The translations under genes and the position numbers were made by a program. A DNA stretch of 64,000 nt from the human T2T-CHM13v2.0 reference genome, Homo sapiens: the NCBI RefSeq assembly GCF_009914755.1, contig NC_060941.1. One strand, given 5' to 3'. Under the pieces are notes generated by a model that had not been told where the DNA came from, did not search any database, and was given only the letters and a program-made list of their open reading frames with translations. Shown in pieces: positions 1 to 13,246 of this stretch. How positions within the stretch are numbered: position 1 is the stretch's first letter; the number at the start of each line of letters is the position of its first letter.

Positions 1-37
1 AAATGGGCTGGGCTTTCTATTGGGCAAGAAATAGAAG
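1..37 (+). CDS. NSF: NSF exon 4 (3' part; KWAGLSIGQEIE-V), N domain
   Basis: AAA TGG GCT GGG CTT TCT ATT GGG CAA GAA ATA GAA G|gtaggt; phase-1 donor. Confidence 0.95.
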
Positions 38-280
38 GTAGGTATATTTTTTAGCCACCTGATAAAGATTTTCTATGTGATTTTCTCACAGTTATTGAGA
101 TCTGTACAATTTTCTATTACTAGTGGTCAGATCTTAAACATTCATTGTATCAGAAGACTGGTTACATCTATGAGAATGGGAAGGAAATAGTTATGGTACC
201 TCTGTTCCTATATCTTTTATGAAGTGTGTGATAAGGTCGTCATAGTTCAAGGCAAGGAAAGCAATTTATGACTTCCAGTT

Positions 281-298
281 GGGGGCGTGGCGGGGTGG
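281..298 (+). promoter_or_regulatory. GC-box / SP-KLF motif (gggggcgtggcggggtgg)
   Basis: Exact GGGGCGTGGC KLF/SP-type motif with two retained CpGs in an AT-rich intron; function not shown. Confidence 0.3.
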
Positions 299-646
299 AA
301 AGACTAAGCTGCTAATAGATAATAAGCCAAAGAACTAATAAGCAAAAAGTGGCATTGTCTCAGGCAATGTGGCAAAGTTAGGAAATGGAGTATGAGTCGT
401 CTTTAGTCAGATGATTTTATGTCAACTTCATGGATACAGTAGGGGAAGGAAAGAAAATGCAAGTGTAATTAAACCAGCTTTTCTTCTGCTTGTCTTTAAA
501 ACTTAAAAAAAAATTGTATTTATAGAAAGGTTGCAAAAATAATACGAAGAATTTCTGTATACTACCTTTACCCAGCTTTACCAATTGTCATATTTTCTTT
601 ATCATTCTGGCTCCCTGTCTTCCTCTCTGGGTCTCTGTCTCTCTCT

Positions 647-648
<2 letters not shown>

Positions 649-709
<61 letters not shown>
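649..709. repeat. (AC)n microsatellite, about 30 units
   Basis: Perfect dinucleotide run. Confidence 0.97.
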
Positions 710-710
<1 letters not shown>

Positions 711-761
711 CTTTTATCCTACTCCTCATTTAGGAACCTGACAACTTGTAATTTTTTCTAA

Positions 762-1088
<327 letters not shown>

Positions 1089-1919
1089 AACATTGGTGTT
1101 ATTTTTAGTTAGCTTTTTCTTTGTGGAAGTATGAACACTTGTTAAATTTAATGAGAAAGTGGGGTAGTATGTAGCTTAGGTTTCTAATTTTCATAAATTA
1201 ATTTTTCTAAATATGAGGCTAAGAGTACTTAAAACTTTGAATCTAGATATTTTCTATTGTGACAAGATACAGAAATTCAAGATTATAAATTTTGATGAGT
1301 TGAGAAATGTGTTTTGCGGTTTAAGTTATAAAAGCATTCTTCTGCTAACAGAAATGCTTATCTGGATTGTAAAGTCAGATCTTTAAAGAAGTGGCTCAAA
1401 CAGACTTAATAAGCAAAATTGTAAAACCCAGTGATAGGTGGGACTAAAGTGGAGTAAGCTTGAGGGAAGGTAGGGTTTTGGGGCCCAAGTGATGTGGATG
1501 ATGTAGCCATAAAGATAGAAAACTGGTTTGGTTTAAGTAGTGATGTAGACCAAGATAGGATAGGAGGTGTGGTTTGAAGGAGTGCTCAAGTATTCTGGAA
1601 TGGGAGTTCCGTAAGGTGAAACATTTTAGTCAAATCAGTGATTTTAGTCTGAGGGAATCTTCTGGAGGAATCATTTAGTCGGTCTTCTTTCCATCTGGCA
1701 ATGCCATATTTTAAGTGTTACAGGCTAATGTTTTGACCACTATATATACACCTATTATTGTAAAGTCCAAGTTTATTCAAAGAACTGGATACACTTATTT
1801 TTTGCTTATAAAATCTTTCTTATTAGTCTTTTATATTAAATTACTATTAGCCGTAAAATAAGAAAACATTCTCAATCTTCTTTGATCCAGGATGAAATCT
1901 TCAGGACTCTTGTCCCTTT

Positions 1920-1976
1920 GGGACTGACCATGGTGCTGACTGTGGTGCTGCCTGGGATACTGTCCATGGTGCTGCC
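1920..1976 (-). promoter_or_regulatory. Tandem RE1/NRSE (REST-binding) motif array
   Basis: Three 21-mers (1920-1940, 1932-1952, 1956-1976) each match 17/21 of GGYGCTGTCCRTGGTGCTGAA; the third has a perfect 15-nt core CTGTCCATGGTGCTG. Confidence 0.75.
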
Positions 1977-2085
1977 CATAGCACTTGAAATTGTAACAGT
2001 TTGGTCTTTTCTATTTAGGAACATTGGCCTTAAATTAAAATGCATTTGAAAACTACAGTCAGTGCATTACTACAGTCAGTAGTAA

Positions 2086-2398
<313 letters not shown>

Positions 2399-2585
2399 TA
2401 AATATACTTATTCAAATTTCTCAGTATGAAGATGACATGAATATATGTATATACACACATATATATGCATTATGACATTATGATATTGTTTTGGTGTCTT
2501 TAATGCACAAAATGGTATTATACTGTACAAACCTTTCTGCAGTAGACTTTTGTCACTCAATATTATGTTTTCAAGGGCCATCCAT

Positions 2586-3145
<560 letters not shown>

Positions 3146-3469
3146 AAGTTTTAATTTCAATAAAAATTGCTGTAAAGTATTCTACATTATGAATATACTA
3201 CATTTTATTCATTGTTCTCCTACTGATAAACATTTTTCAATGTTTAAGTACTATAAATAATGCTGCAATGAACCTCCCTGTAGATGTGTTGTTAGACAAA
3301 TGTTCTAGCATCTTTCTGGGACAGACATCTAGAAATGGAATTGCTGAATCATCATATTCATTTTTACATTAATATTTCAACCTATAAATGTTTTCAAACT
3401 ACATGAGGGAAACAACTAAGCTCTTTTGCCTATCAAAGTTACTCAGCATATAACCTGTACTTTCTAGGA

Positions 3470-3777
<308 letters not shown>

Positions 3778-3981
3778 TAGGAAATGTTAAGAAGGAGCAA
3801 GCCATCCAGAATTGGAGACAGGAGAGTATTCTGAAACTTTTAGCCAAAATTTGAACTTATTATTTGATCTTCAGTGAGTTTTATGTTCCTTCCTCAGGCT
3901 TTGTTATTTTGCTTTTGAAGTAGTTAAAATATGTATATGTCCCCCTTTAAATACAGAAATCTGATTATACAAACAATTTCA

Positions 3982-4302
<321 letters not shown>

Positions 4303-5379
4303 TTACAGAAAATCCTTGTACATAACTCAAGGGTCTAGAATTTAAGAAATAAGTTTAGAACAGAATTTAGAGTGTGAAACGACCATAAAGACTTATCTAG
4401 TTCAGTCTTGATTTATAGATGTGACAAATCAAGGCACAGACAACTTAAATTATTTACTTGGATTCTTCTGATTGCTAGCAGAATCTGTTGAAACACACAT
4501 ACTCAAAGTCCCTTTGAAGAAAACAGCTTTGTTTGTAAACCACTAGAATCTTTGCAACAGACATTTAATACTGCACAGTGACTTCTTTTGTTTACCTCTT
4601 GCTATTTGACCTCAGTAACTCACAGAAATGCCATGCCTGTTGTTCAAAGCAAGTGTGAAAAAACAGTCTTTGTTTATAACCTGCTTTTGTGGTGAGAACT
4701 GTAGAAGCTCACTTACCCAATGTGACTTGGACTGGTAATTAAGTGAAAAGTTGGTTAAAGGCTTTTTCTTGGAGGTGTGGTCCATGGATTGGAGTTCTGT
4801 ATTATCTTTTGTGCATACACTTTACCCATAATTTCCAGGTGGATTTCTTTGAAATGGCTGGAGAACTTAGACTTTGTAGAGCATCTGAGAGTGCCAAAAC
4901 CTCTTGGATTTTTGTAGAGTTCACTCCCAACCTTTTCTAATTTTAATGCTTATACCTAGTTAGCAGTATTTTTTTTTTCTAGAAGAAACACTTCATTTAA
5001 AAAATTTTCCCAAAGCTTTCAACTTATAATATCTATTCTAGAATGTCAAAGTCATTGTAATAACAGTTCAACAACCAGGCCTTCAGAAGTTTTTATACTA
5101 TTTAATTATATTTCATAATTAACTGTAACAAGTGTAACTAGCACAGACAGATACCAGAATGAACTTGGTTGACCCATGATGTGTAGCAACTCCTGTCTAC
5201 AAGCTCTGAGCGTTAGGCAAACCATAGGCTGATGGGTATATGTTGGAGGGATAAAAGTTGGTCAGCTTTCTGATGACTCAGCTCAGTGGAGGTTGCTTAA
5301 GAGAGCTGCTACTGTATCCTTAAGGGGCCATTGGTAAATTTTAGGACAAGTATCTTCAGGGAACCTAAAGGGAAAATAA

Positions 5380-5380
<1 letters not shown>

Positions 5381-5426
<46 letters not shown>
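5381..5426. repeat. (TG)n microsatellite
   Basis: About 23 perfect units. Confidence 0.97.
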
Positions 5427-5428
<2 letters not shown>

Positions 5429-6456
5429 CGTGTGTGAAGCCTTATTGAAGAGTAGCAATAGACTCTTTCTTACTAGGCGTAATCAAGTTGCCCTCCTGGG
5501 GAAACTCAAATGCAAAAATCCTCTTGAACTTTTCTGGGTAGCCTACTCTACTCTTTCCTAATAGTACCACTACAGTATACAGCACTGTAAAATTTTTTGC
5601 TTTAAAAGTTTGTTTATAAACTGGCATTTATAAGTATACTTTTTGAGCTGATTTAAGAATCAAGTTTTTTTTTCTAGGGAAATGCTTCTTTGTAATTATC
5701 TGTCACTAGCAAAATTTGTTTTAACATATATTTTTCTAAAAATATGATATGTAAACTGTGTTGTAGTTGTACAATTAAAGGTTTTTGGTCGAACAGTTAT
5801 TACATGATGTAAAATCATGTGTAACACTTTAATATTAATTACATTGTAACCTAAAATTCATTTTAAAACTTTTTATGTGGCTTGAACAGGAATTTTCTTA
5901 TCCAAAGCTTTGTATGTATGCTTTATTGCCTCCTTTGTTATTAGCATGGAGACCATGGGTTTTCTGTTATTGTTGTTTCATTTAAACAGTTCATGAATAT
6001 ATTAAGCACCTGAAAGAAACTGTTAGATGCTGTTAATAGGAAGAGGAGTTAAAAACCTCGTCCTTGCCCTTATCTACATGTGTACATGTAGAACTTACTG
6101 TAGTTCCCTAGATGTAGCAGGTGCTCAGGAAACATTTTTGTAGTAGTAAAAAAGAAATGTCAAACTCTAACTTGCTCTGGAGCAAATTCCGCTAGTAAAC
6201 ATTGTTTTTCAAGCTTCTTTTTTTTGCCTTGCGTCCTACTTTCTTAGGCCAAAATAATTCATCCACATCCCACCTTAGCTGTTTTTTTGTGTCAAACAAA
6301 AATCTTATTTGGAAATAGCATGTTATGCCAACTGTGTTGGGGCATCCCATACTGTATTGCATTAAATGAGGAGAAAGATGCAGAGGCCATGTGGGGAGGA
6401 TTGTGATCCTGATAAGAGTGGGATGAGGGATAACAACAGAGAGACTGCCGTTCAAT

Positions 6457-6760
<304 letters not shown>

Positions 6761-6982
6761 TGCCATTCAGTATTTCTAATTAATTCAGATGGGGAAGAAA
6801 ATCTCTAGTGACTATTATTTTTTAAACCTGTACCTGTGTGTCCCTCCAGTGAAGGCCATTTAAACCCCATTTTTGGTGAAGTAGTTTATGATTCATTTAT
6901 GTGAAACTTTTAGTTACTAGAAACACTACAGGTATTTTGTACTCCTGTGATTTTTAAAAAAATGCTTCTTTTTTTCCCCTAG

Positions 6983-7149
6983 TCTCCTTATATACATTTG
7001 ACAAAGCCAAACAGTGTATTGGCACAATGACCATCGAGATTGATTTCCTGCAGAAAAAAAGCATTGACTCCAACCCTTATGACACCGACAAGATGGCAGC
7101 AGAATTTATTCAGCAATTCAACAACCAGGCCTTCTCAGTGGGACAACAG
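6983..7149 (+). CDS. NSF: NSF exon 5 (167 nt; [56 protein letters not shown])
   Basis: Acceptor ttcccctag|TC and donor CAG|gtagtt; phase 1 to 0; open frame. Confidence 0.97.
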
Positions 7150-7512
7150 GTAGTTTTTAATTTTCTTTCATTCCTTTAACTTTATAGGTATTCTAATTTC
7201 TGCAGTTTTCCAAAATTAATTCCACCTTTTAAAAAGTGAGAGGGGCTTTGCGTATCAACTCGTATATCCAAGGTGAGTGATAAAAGTGAGGGAGATGTAT
7301 TTACTGAACTTCAAGGAGTCTGTTCAGAAAAATTCTAAAGTAGCTTTTAGATTAAAATGTCATGTATAATTATAGCAGCTTTTCCCTCAGCAAATTTGGG
7401 AACCCTGTGGACATATATATCTGAAATTCCTTTTTATATCATAGGACATTTGTTTTGCCTCTGGAATGTCTGTCTCTTTCACTAATATAGTTCTGTAGAA
7501 AATGTAGCTCTT

Positions 7513-7849
<337 letters not shown>

Positions 7850-7955
7850 CTAGATAGGAAAAGGATATAGTACATTATTTTAAAAAGAGTACTAGAATTG
7901 GAATGAACCTCAAGAGATTACCTTATGTAACTCCACATATACAAATGAGGAATTT

Positions 7956-8414
<459 letters not shown>

Positions 8415-8494
8415 AAATGAGGAATTTAAGATCTAAAGAAGGTAAATGGTATGCCCATGGCTACACAGCTAAGGGACATAGTTGAGATAAGAAT

Positions 8495-8640
8495 TAATTA
8501 AACACATATTTGATAGTACCTAGTGCCTAGTACCAGTCACTGTTTTAGACACTGCAGATCGGCAGTGAACAAAATAGATATGATCCCTGCTGTCATAGAA
8601 CTTACTTTCTAGTTGAAGAAAACAGAAAATAAGACAGGAA
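8495..8640 (-). mobile_element. L2 3' fragment
   Basis: cactgttttagacactgcagat...gtgaacaaaatagatatgatccctgctgtcatagaacttactttctag resembles the L2 3' end. Confidence 0.65.
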
Positions 8641-9144
8641 TACCATGTACAGTTAGGTCTCTGATGAAAGTAGATCAGGACAATTCACCAGAGAGCTATT
8701 GCGGTGCTGTTGTGTATTGGATGACCAAAATTGTGCTCAGATTGCCTAGCTAAACTTGATGGTTTTTACCTTTGCTTTTAGTTTTAGTATCCTAATAGAA
8801 AATGTTTAGGAGAACGTTTAATAGAAAATGCTTTGGTATTTATAATAATTTAAAACTCAGTAGCATGTAGAAGTCAGTAAATCCATGAAAGAGAATCTTT
8901 CGTAATTCAGAGAAGAAGTAAATATCTTACTCCAGATCACTGTCCTTAACTGTTTCTTCTCATTTGTGGTATCTCGTAGTAGCAGAATGGACAGACAGCC
9001 CAACCTGTAATATTTACCATTATACCCCAGCACATAGAAGAAGACCAAACTTTTAGAAGGGACTCAGCAAAGATTTGGTGAATGAGTAATTGAGCATTCA
9101 GAAGCTGTCTCTGCACTTGTAGGGCAAGCATTTTGTACTAGTGA

Positions 9145-9310
9145 TAGAAAAGCAGGAATTGTAGAGTCACAGACCCAGGGTTGACTTCTGGCGCTCTCAT
9201 TTACTGTGACTTTGAGCCTTGTTGCATAGCCTGTTTCTGCATCTCAGCTTCCTCACTAGTAAAATGGAGTCGTAGTTTCTGCTTCCAAGAGTGTTTGTGA
9301 ATATTATATA
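9145..9310 (+). mobile_element. MIR
   Basis: agagtcacagacccagggttgacttctggcgctctcatttactgtgactttg...ctcagcttcctcactagtaaaatgg is a MIR core. Confidence 0.7.
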
Positions 9311-9333
9311 ACTGGCTGTAGTGTTTGAATAAA

Positions 9334-9470
9334 ATACTAAGAAACTTTATTCTTTGTTAGAAATAGTAAATGTGGTACTCTTGAATTACTTTAGGTGGCA
9401 CTCTGACATTTAAATTAGATATTTTTTATCCATGTGGAAGAAATTTTAAACATGAGTTTTGCAGTCATTT
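9334..9470 (+). repeat. About 137-bp local direct repeat, copy 1 (copy 2 at 12014-12151)
   Basis: ttattctttgtt(a/t)gaaatagtaaatgtggt(a/t)ctcttga(a/g)ttactttaggtggcactctgacatttaa... is shared between the copies. Confidence 0.9.
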
Positions 9471-9660
9471 TGTAAACACTGATCGTAAGTGCTAATTCCC
9501 TTTTCTTCATTGGCTGTGAGTAGTTTGTTTGAGGAGCAGATTGGAGAGGAGTATATAAGATAAACTGGTTTTCTGCATTTGAAAAACATTGGTGATGATC
9601 TGAGGATCAAACTATTATATTATGAAGTGATTTTTCTCCCCTTACCTCTTTTCTACATAG

Positions 9661-9768
9661 CTTGTCTTTAGCTTCAATGAAAAGCTTTTTGGCTTACTGG
9701 TGAAGGACATTGAAGCCATGGATCCTAGCATCCTGAAGGGAGAGCCTGCGACAGGGAAAAGGCAGAAG
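9661..9768 (+). CDS. NSF: NSF exon 6 (108 nt; [36 protein letters not shown])
   Basis: Acceptor ttctacatag|CTT and donor AAG|gtagct; phase 0 to 0. Confidence 0.97.
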
Positions 9769-10249
9769 GTAGCTTTTATTTCTGATCATCTTTACTAGAT
9801 CATCTTTATAATGTAATTTGTGCAGATTGATTATAATTTTCCTATCTGTTGCTTAGTGATTTTTTTCATATTGTGTACCCTTTTAAGATAGTAGGGAGAA
9901 AAAATTGCTTTCATAGCCATCATTGTTATTAAAATATAGCTTAAAATGTATTTATTTGCAGACCTAATATTAATGTAAAATGTAGACGTATATGTACATA
10001 TAATTTGCTTGAATGCAGATATTTATTGTAAATAAATAATAAGAAACGCATTATTGGAAAGATATAGGCATGGAAATAAGGCATGTAAGAATTGTAGAAG
10101 AAAGTTATGAGAAAAGTAAAAGTAGCTCAGATGATAGTCTGGAAGGTTTGCTTTGCCCAGAGAGACCTCATTTCCCCCTCACTTTTGGCCTTGCTTTGAG
10201 AAGTCCAGAAGTTTGCTATTAGACTACTAATTATTGTCTTTCTCTACAG

Positions 10250-10325
10250 ATTGAAGTAGGACTGGTTGTTGGAAACAGTCAAGTTGCATTTGAAAAAGCA
10301 GAAAATTCGTCACTTAATCTTATTG
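10250..10325 (+). CDS. NSF: NSF exon 7 (76 nt; [26 protein letters not shown])
   Basis: Acceptor tctctacag|ATT and donor TTG|gtaaga; phase 0 to 1. Confidence 0.97.
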
Positions 10326-10514
10326 GTAAGATTTACAGTTTTTAGAAGATTTGAAATGAAGTGGGCCTATTTCTATATGTAACTCAACTACAGTGATTTC
10401 CAAATGGGGAAAGGAAAGAGGGGCATCTCTCTTGAGAGAGTTTATCACAGAAGCATGGGGTATTTCCTGTTGGTCAGTTTGCTGATGAAAACGTTTAAAA
10501 CCTTCATCTGGATC

Positions 10515-10965
10515 AACTTTGTCCAATAGAAATAGAGTGTGAGCCACATGTGTAATTTTTAATTTCCTAGAAATTGCACTAAAATAAGAAACAAATTAAT
10601 TTTTTAACTTTTAATTTTGAGATAATTTTAGGTTCACAGATTTGCAGAAATAGCTCAGAGAATTTCTGTATGCCCTTTACCAGCTTACCCTGATGTTAAT
10701 GTCTTATTTGACATTTTCAAAAGTACAATGATAAGAAATGAACATGGTTTCATTTCTGCTAACTAAACTACAGATTTTATTGAGATTTCACCAGTTTTTC
10801 CATTGTGTCCTTTTCTGTTCCAAGATCTAATTTAGGATCCCATATTGCATTTAGTTGTTCTGTCTTTTGAGTTTTCTTCAGTCACTGACAGTTCCTCAGA
10901 CTTTGTCTTTTATGACTTTGAGAACTGGTCAGTTATTTTGTAGAATGCCCCTCACTTGGTTTTGT
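10515..10965 (-). mobile_element. MER3-like DNA transposon fragment followed by L1MC-like 3' fragment
   Basis: tgtccaatagaaat...gagccacatgtgtaattt (MER3/33 type), then taattttaggttcacagatttgcagaaatag... (L1MC type). Confidence 0.6.
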
Positions 10966-12013
10966 GTTAAATGAGATAGCATCATCATTTCTTTTAGTGA
11001 TTAAGTGATGAATGTGCAGGTCAAGTCTTCCCAGCAGATTCATGGTTCAGTCCTACTCTTGTACTCTAGCACAATTTTTGTCATATTAAAACAATTGCAG
11101 CTTATTCTCTGAGAATAGTAACTCACCAGAATAATGTGACATTAACTGGGCATTAATTCTTATTTTTGGTTGATTTAACTATGTTGATGTCTACCCTACT
11201 AGAGAGTAGAGGGTTTTCATTGGTTGCACATCATCATGTCCAGGGTCACTTAACAGTCTTTGAGTGCGTGGCCTTTATTTCCTGGTCCACAAATTACCAT
11301 TCCCCCTTATTGTTTTTTGTTAATTATAAAATATTTTATTTATAAAATATGGATAGGCATTCGAAAACAATTCACACACTGTAAAATTTGGTTCTGTTTT
11401 CATAGTTTTGTAATTTGCTTTTTTTGCTTAGCATGTTTCAAACATCTTAAATATACACCTATAACATGATTTTTAATGCCTGTATGTCATTTTATGAAGG
11501 TAGGATGTATTTTCCTGTTATTGATCTAGTACATTTATGAAGTGACTTCTTTGTATTTTATTTTTGTGTACCTTTTGTTAAGATATCCCAAGGGAGTTGC
11601 ATAACTTTCATAGGTATTTCTAAGTAATCCATGGGAAAAAAATTGTGTAGTTAATTGGCATTCAGTAAATTTTGCCCACAAGAGGGCAGTAGAGTGTAAG
11701 AAAAAAATATTTTTCATCGCTTTCCAAAGGAAATCTTAAGGCCTCAAAACTCTAACCATAAAATTATCATCTAGTATAAACTTTTAAAAAGCGTTACTTT
11801 ATTTTTAATTGACAGATAATAATTGTATATATTTATAGGGTACAATTTGATATTTTAATACATGTATACATTGTAGAATGATCAAATCAGGCTAATTAAC
11901 ATATCACCTCAAATATTTAGCATTTCTTAGGATAAACTTTTTTTAATGTGACATTTTCTTCCCTGGTTTTATAAAAACCATATTATTACTTTATTTTTTG
12001 TTTATAATAGAGC

Positions 12014-12151
12014 ATACTAAGGTACTTAATTTATTCTTTGTTTGAAATAGTAAATGTGGTTCTCTTGAGTTACTTTAGGTGGCACTCTGACATTTAAGTT
12101 AGATAATTTTTGTCCTCTTGAGAATTTTTAAACATGAGTTTTGTAATCATT
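12014..12151 (+). repeat. About 137-bp local direct repeat, copy 2
   Basis: See copy 1 at 9334-9470. Confidence 0.9.
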
Positions 12152-12710
12152 GAAGTCTTTAGGATGATTTCAGACTTTTGTGTCCAAGTGAAGAGAAAGC
12201 AAAGAAGACATCAAACTTGTTCAGTATATTTCCTTAGGCTGAGGGGTTATATGCCCAATTACCTGTATAAGCTTAATCTGGATAAATATATGTATTTTAA
12301 AATAAACTTGCGTTAGGAGACTTCAGTGACTGCGAGATTTCAGTTGCATTTCTGCCAGCTAGTGTTGTCTTCATCAGATATGGCATTTCTTCTGATCAAC
12401 CGAGTTAGTTAATTTAGTTAGATTGAAGGTTAATAAAACTAAGTTTTATGGACTGATACAAATAGACTACAGCATAAGTTTAGCTAGTCATTTTGACAGT
12501 GTGTTACCATATATGGAGATCAGACAAAGTAGATAGCATAGCAAAACTTACCCTTCTGACTGTAAAATCAGCTAAGATTATATTGTTCGTTTTGTATATG
12601 TAAGGGTAGCTTTTCTTTATTCATTTAGGATGCTCAGGGAGTTCTGTCTGTCTTTTTAGACTTAGTGATAAAGTCCTTGTTTCACATTTGATAATATTCG
12701 TTTGACATAG

Positions 12711-12866
12711 GCAAAGCTAAAACCAAGGAAAATCGCCAATCAATTATCAATCCTGACTGGAACTTTGAAAAAATGGGAATAGGAGGTCTAGACAAGGAAT
12801 TTTCAGATATTTTCCGACGAGCATTTGCTTCCCGAGTATTTCCTCCAGAGATTGTGGAGCAGATGG
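12711..12866 (+). CDS. NSF: NSF exon 8 (156 nt; [53 protein letters not shown]), N-D1 linker and start of D1
   Basis: Acceptor tttgacatag|GC and donor TGG|gtaagt; phase 1 to 1; partly seen in supplied ORF 12773..13072. Confidence 0.97.
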
Positions 12867-13083
12867 GTAAGTTTAAAAAGGAAAATGTTATAAAATCTTG
12901 TGTTGTTAAAAAAATTAATGCAATGAAGAATCTCTTTTCAATAGTTTTGAAATTATTTTTCAGACCCATTATTTTTGTCTTTTTCTTTAAAAATGAACAG
13001 ATAAATTTTCTGAAAAACTTTATAATACCAGAACTTTTAAAATTACATTTTAATTTTATGGGGAAATCATAGAAATAAGACTT

Positions 13084-13246
13084 GTGGTGGCTCCATTTTG
13101 TTTATTTATTTATTGAAGAATGCTTTTCTATGGGGCATATTTAGAAACTTCCCCTGACAGTAATAATACTAGTAGTGACTCCATTTTATTTATTTATTTG
13201 CGTAAGAATGTTTTTCTATAGGGCATATTTAGAAAGTTCACCTGAC
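13084..13246 (+). repeat. Tandem duplication, two units with period about 88 bp
   Basis: ctccattt...aagaatg(c/t)ttttctat(g/a)gggcatatttagaaa(c/g)ttc(c/a)cctgac occurs twice. Confidence 0.9.

Noticed and set aside
38-47. Tandem donor gtag|gtatat 4 nt downstream of the exon 4 donor
   Set aside because: A common by-product of the donor consensus; the second site is weak and there is no evidence of use.
1885-2050. Hydrophobic reading (TMVLTVVLPGILSMVLPIALEIV) and Q/H-rich antisense reading of the 12-mer repeat, considered as an exon or pseudogene fragment
   Set aside because: No homology recognised; splicing from exon 4 gives an immediate stop; the RE1 motif match explains the sequence better.
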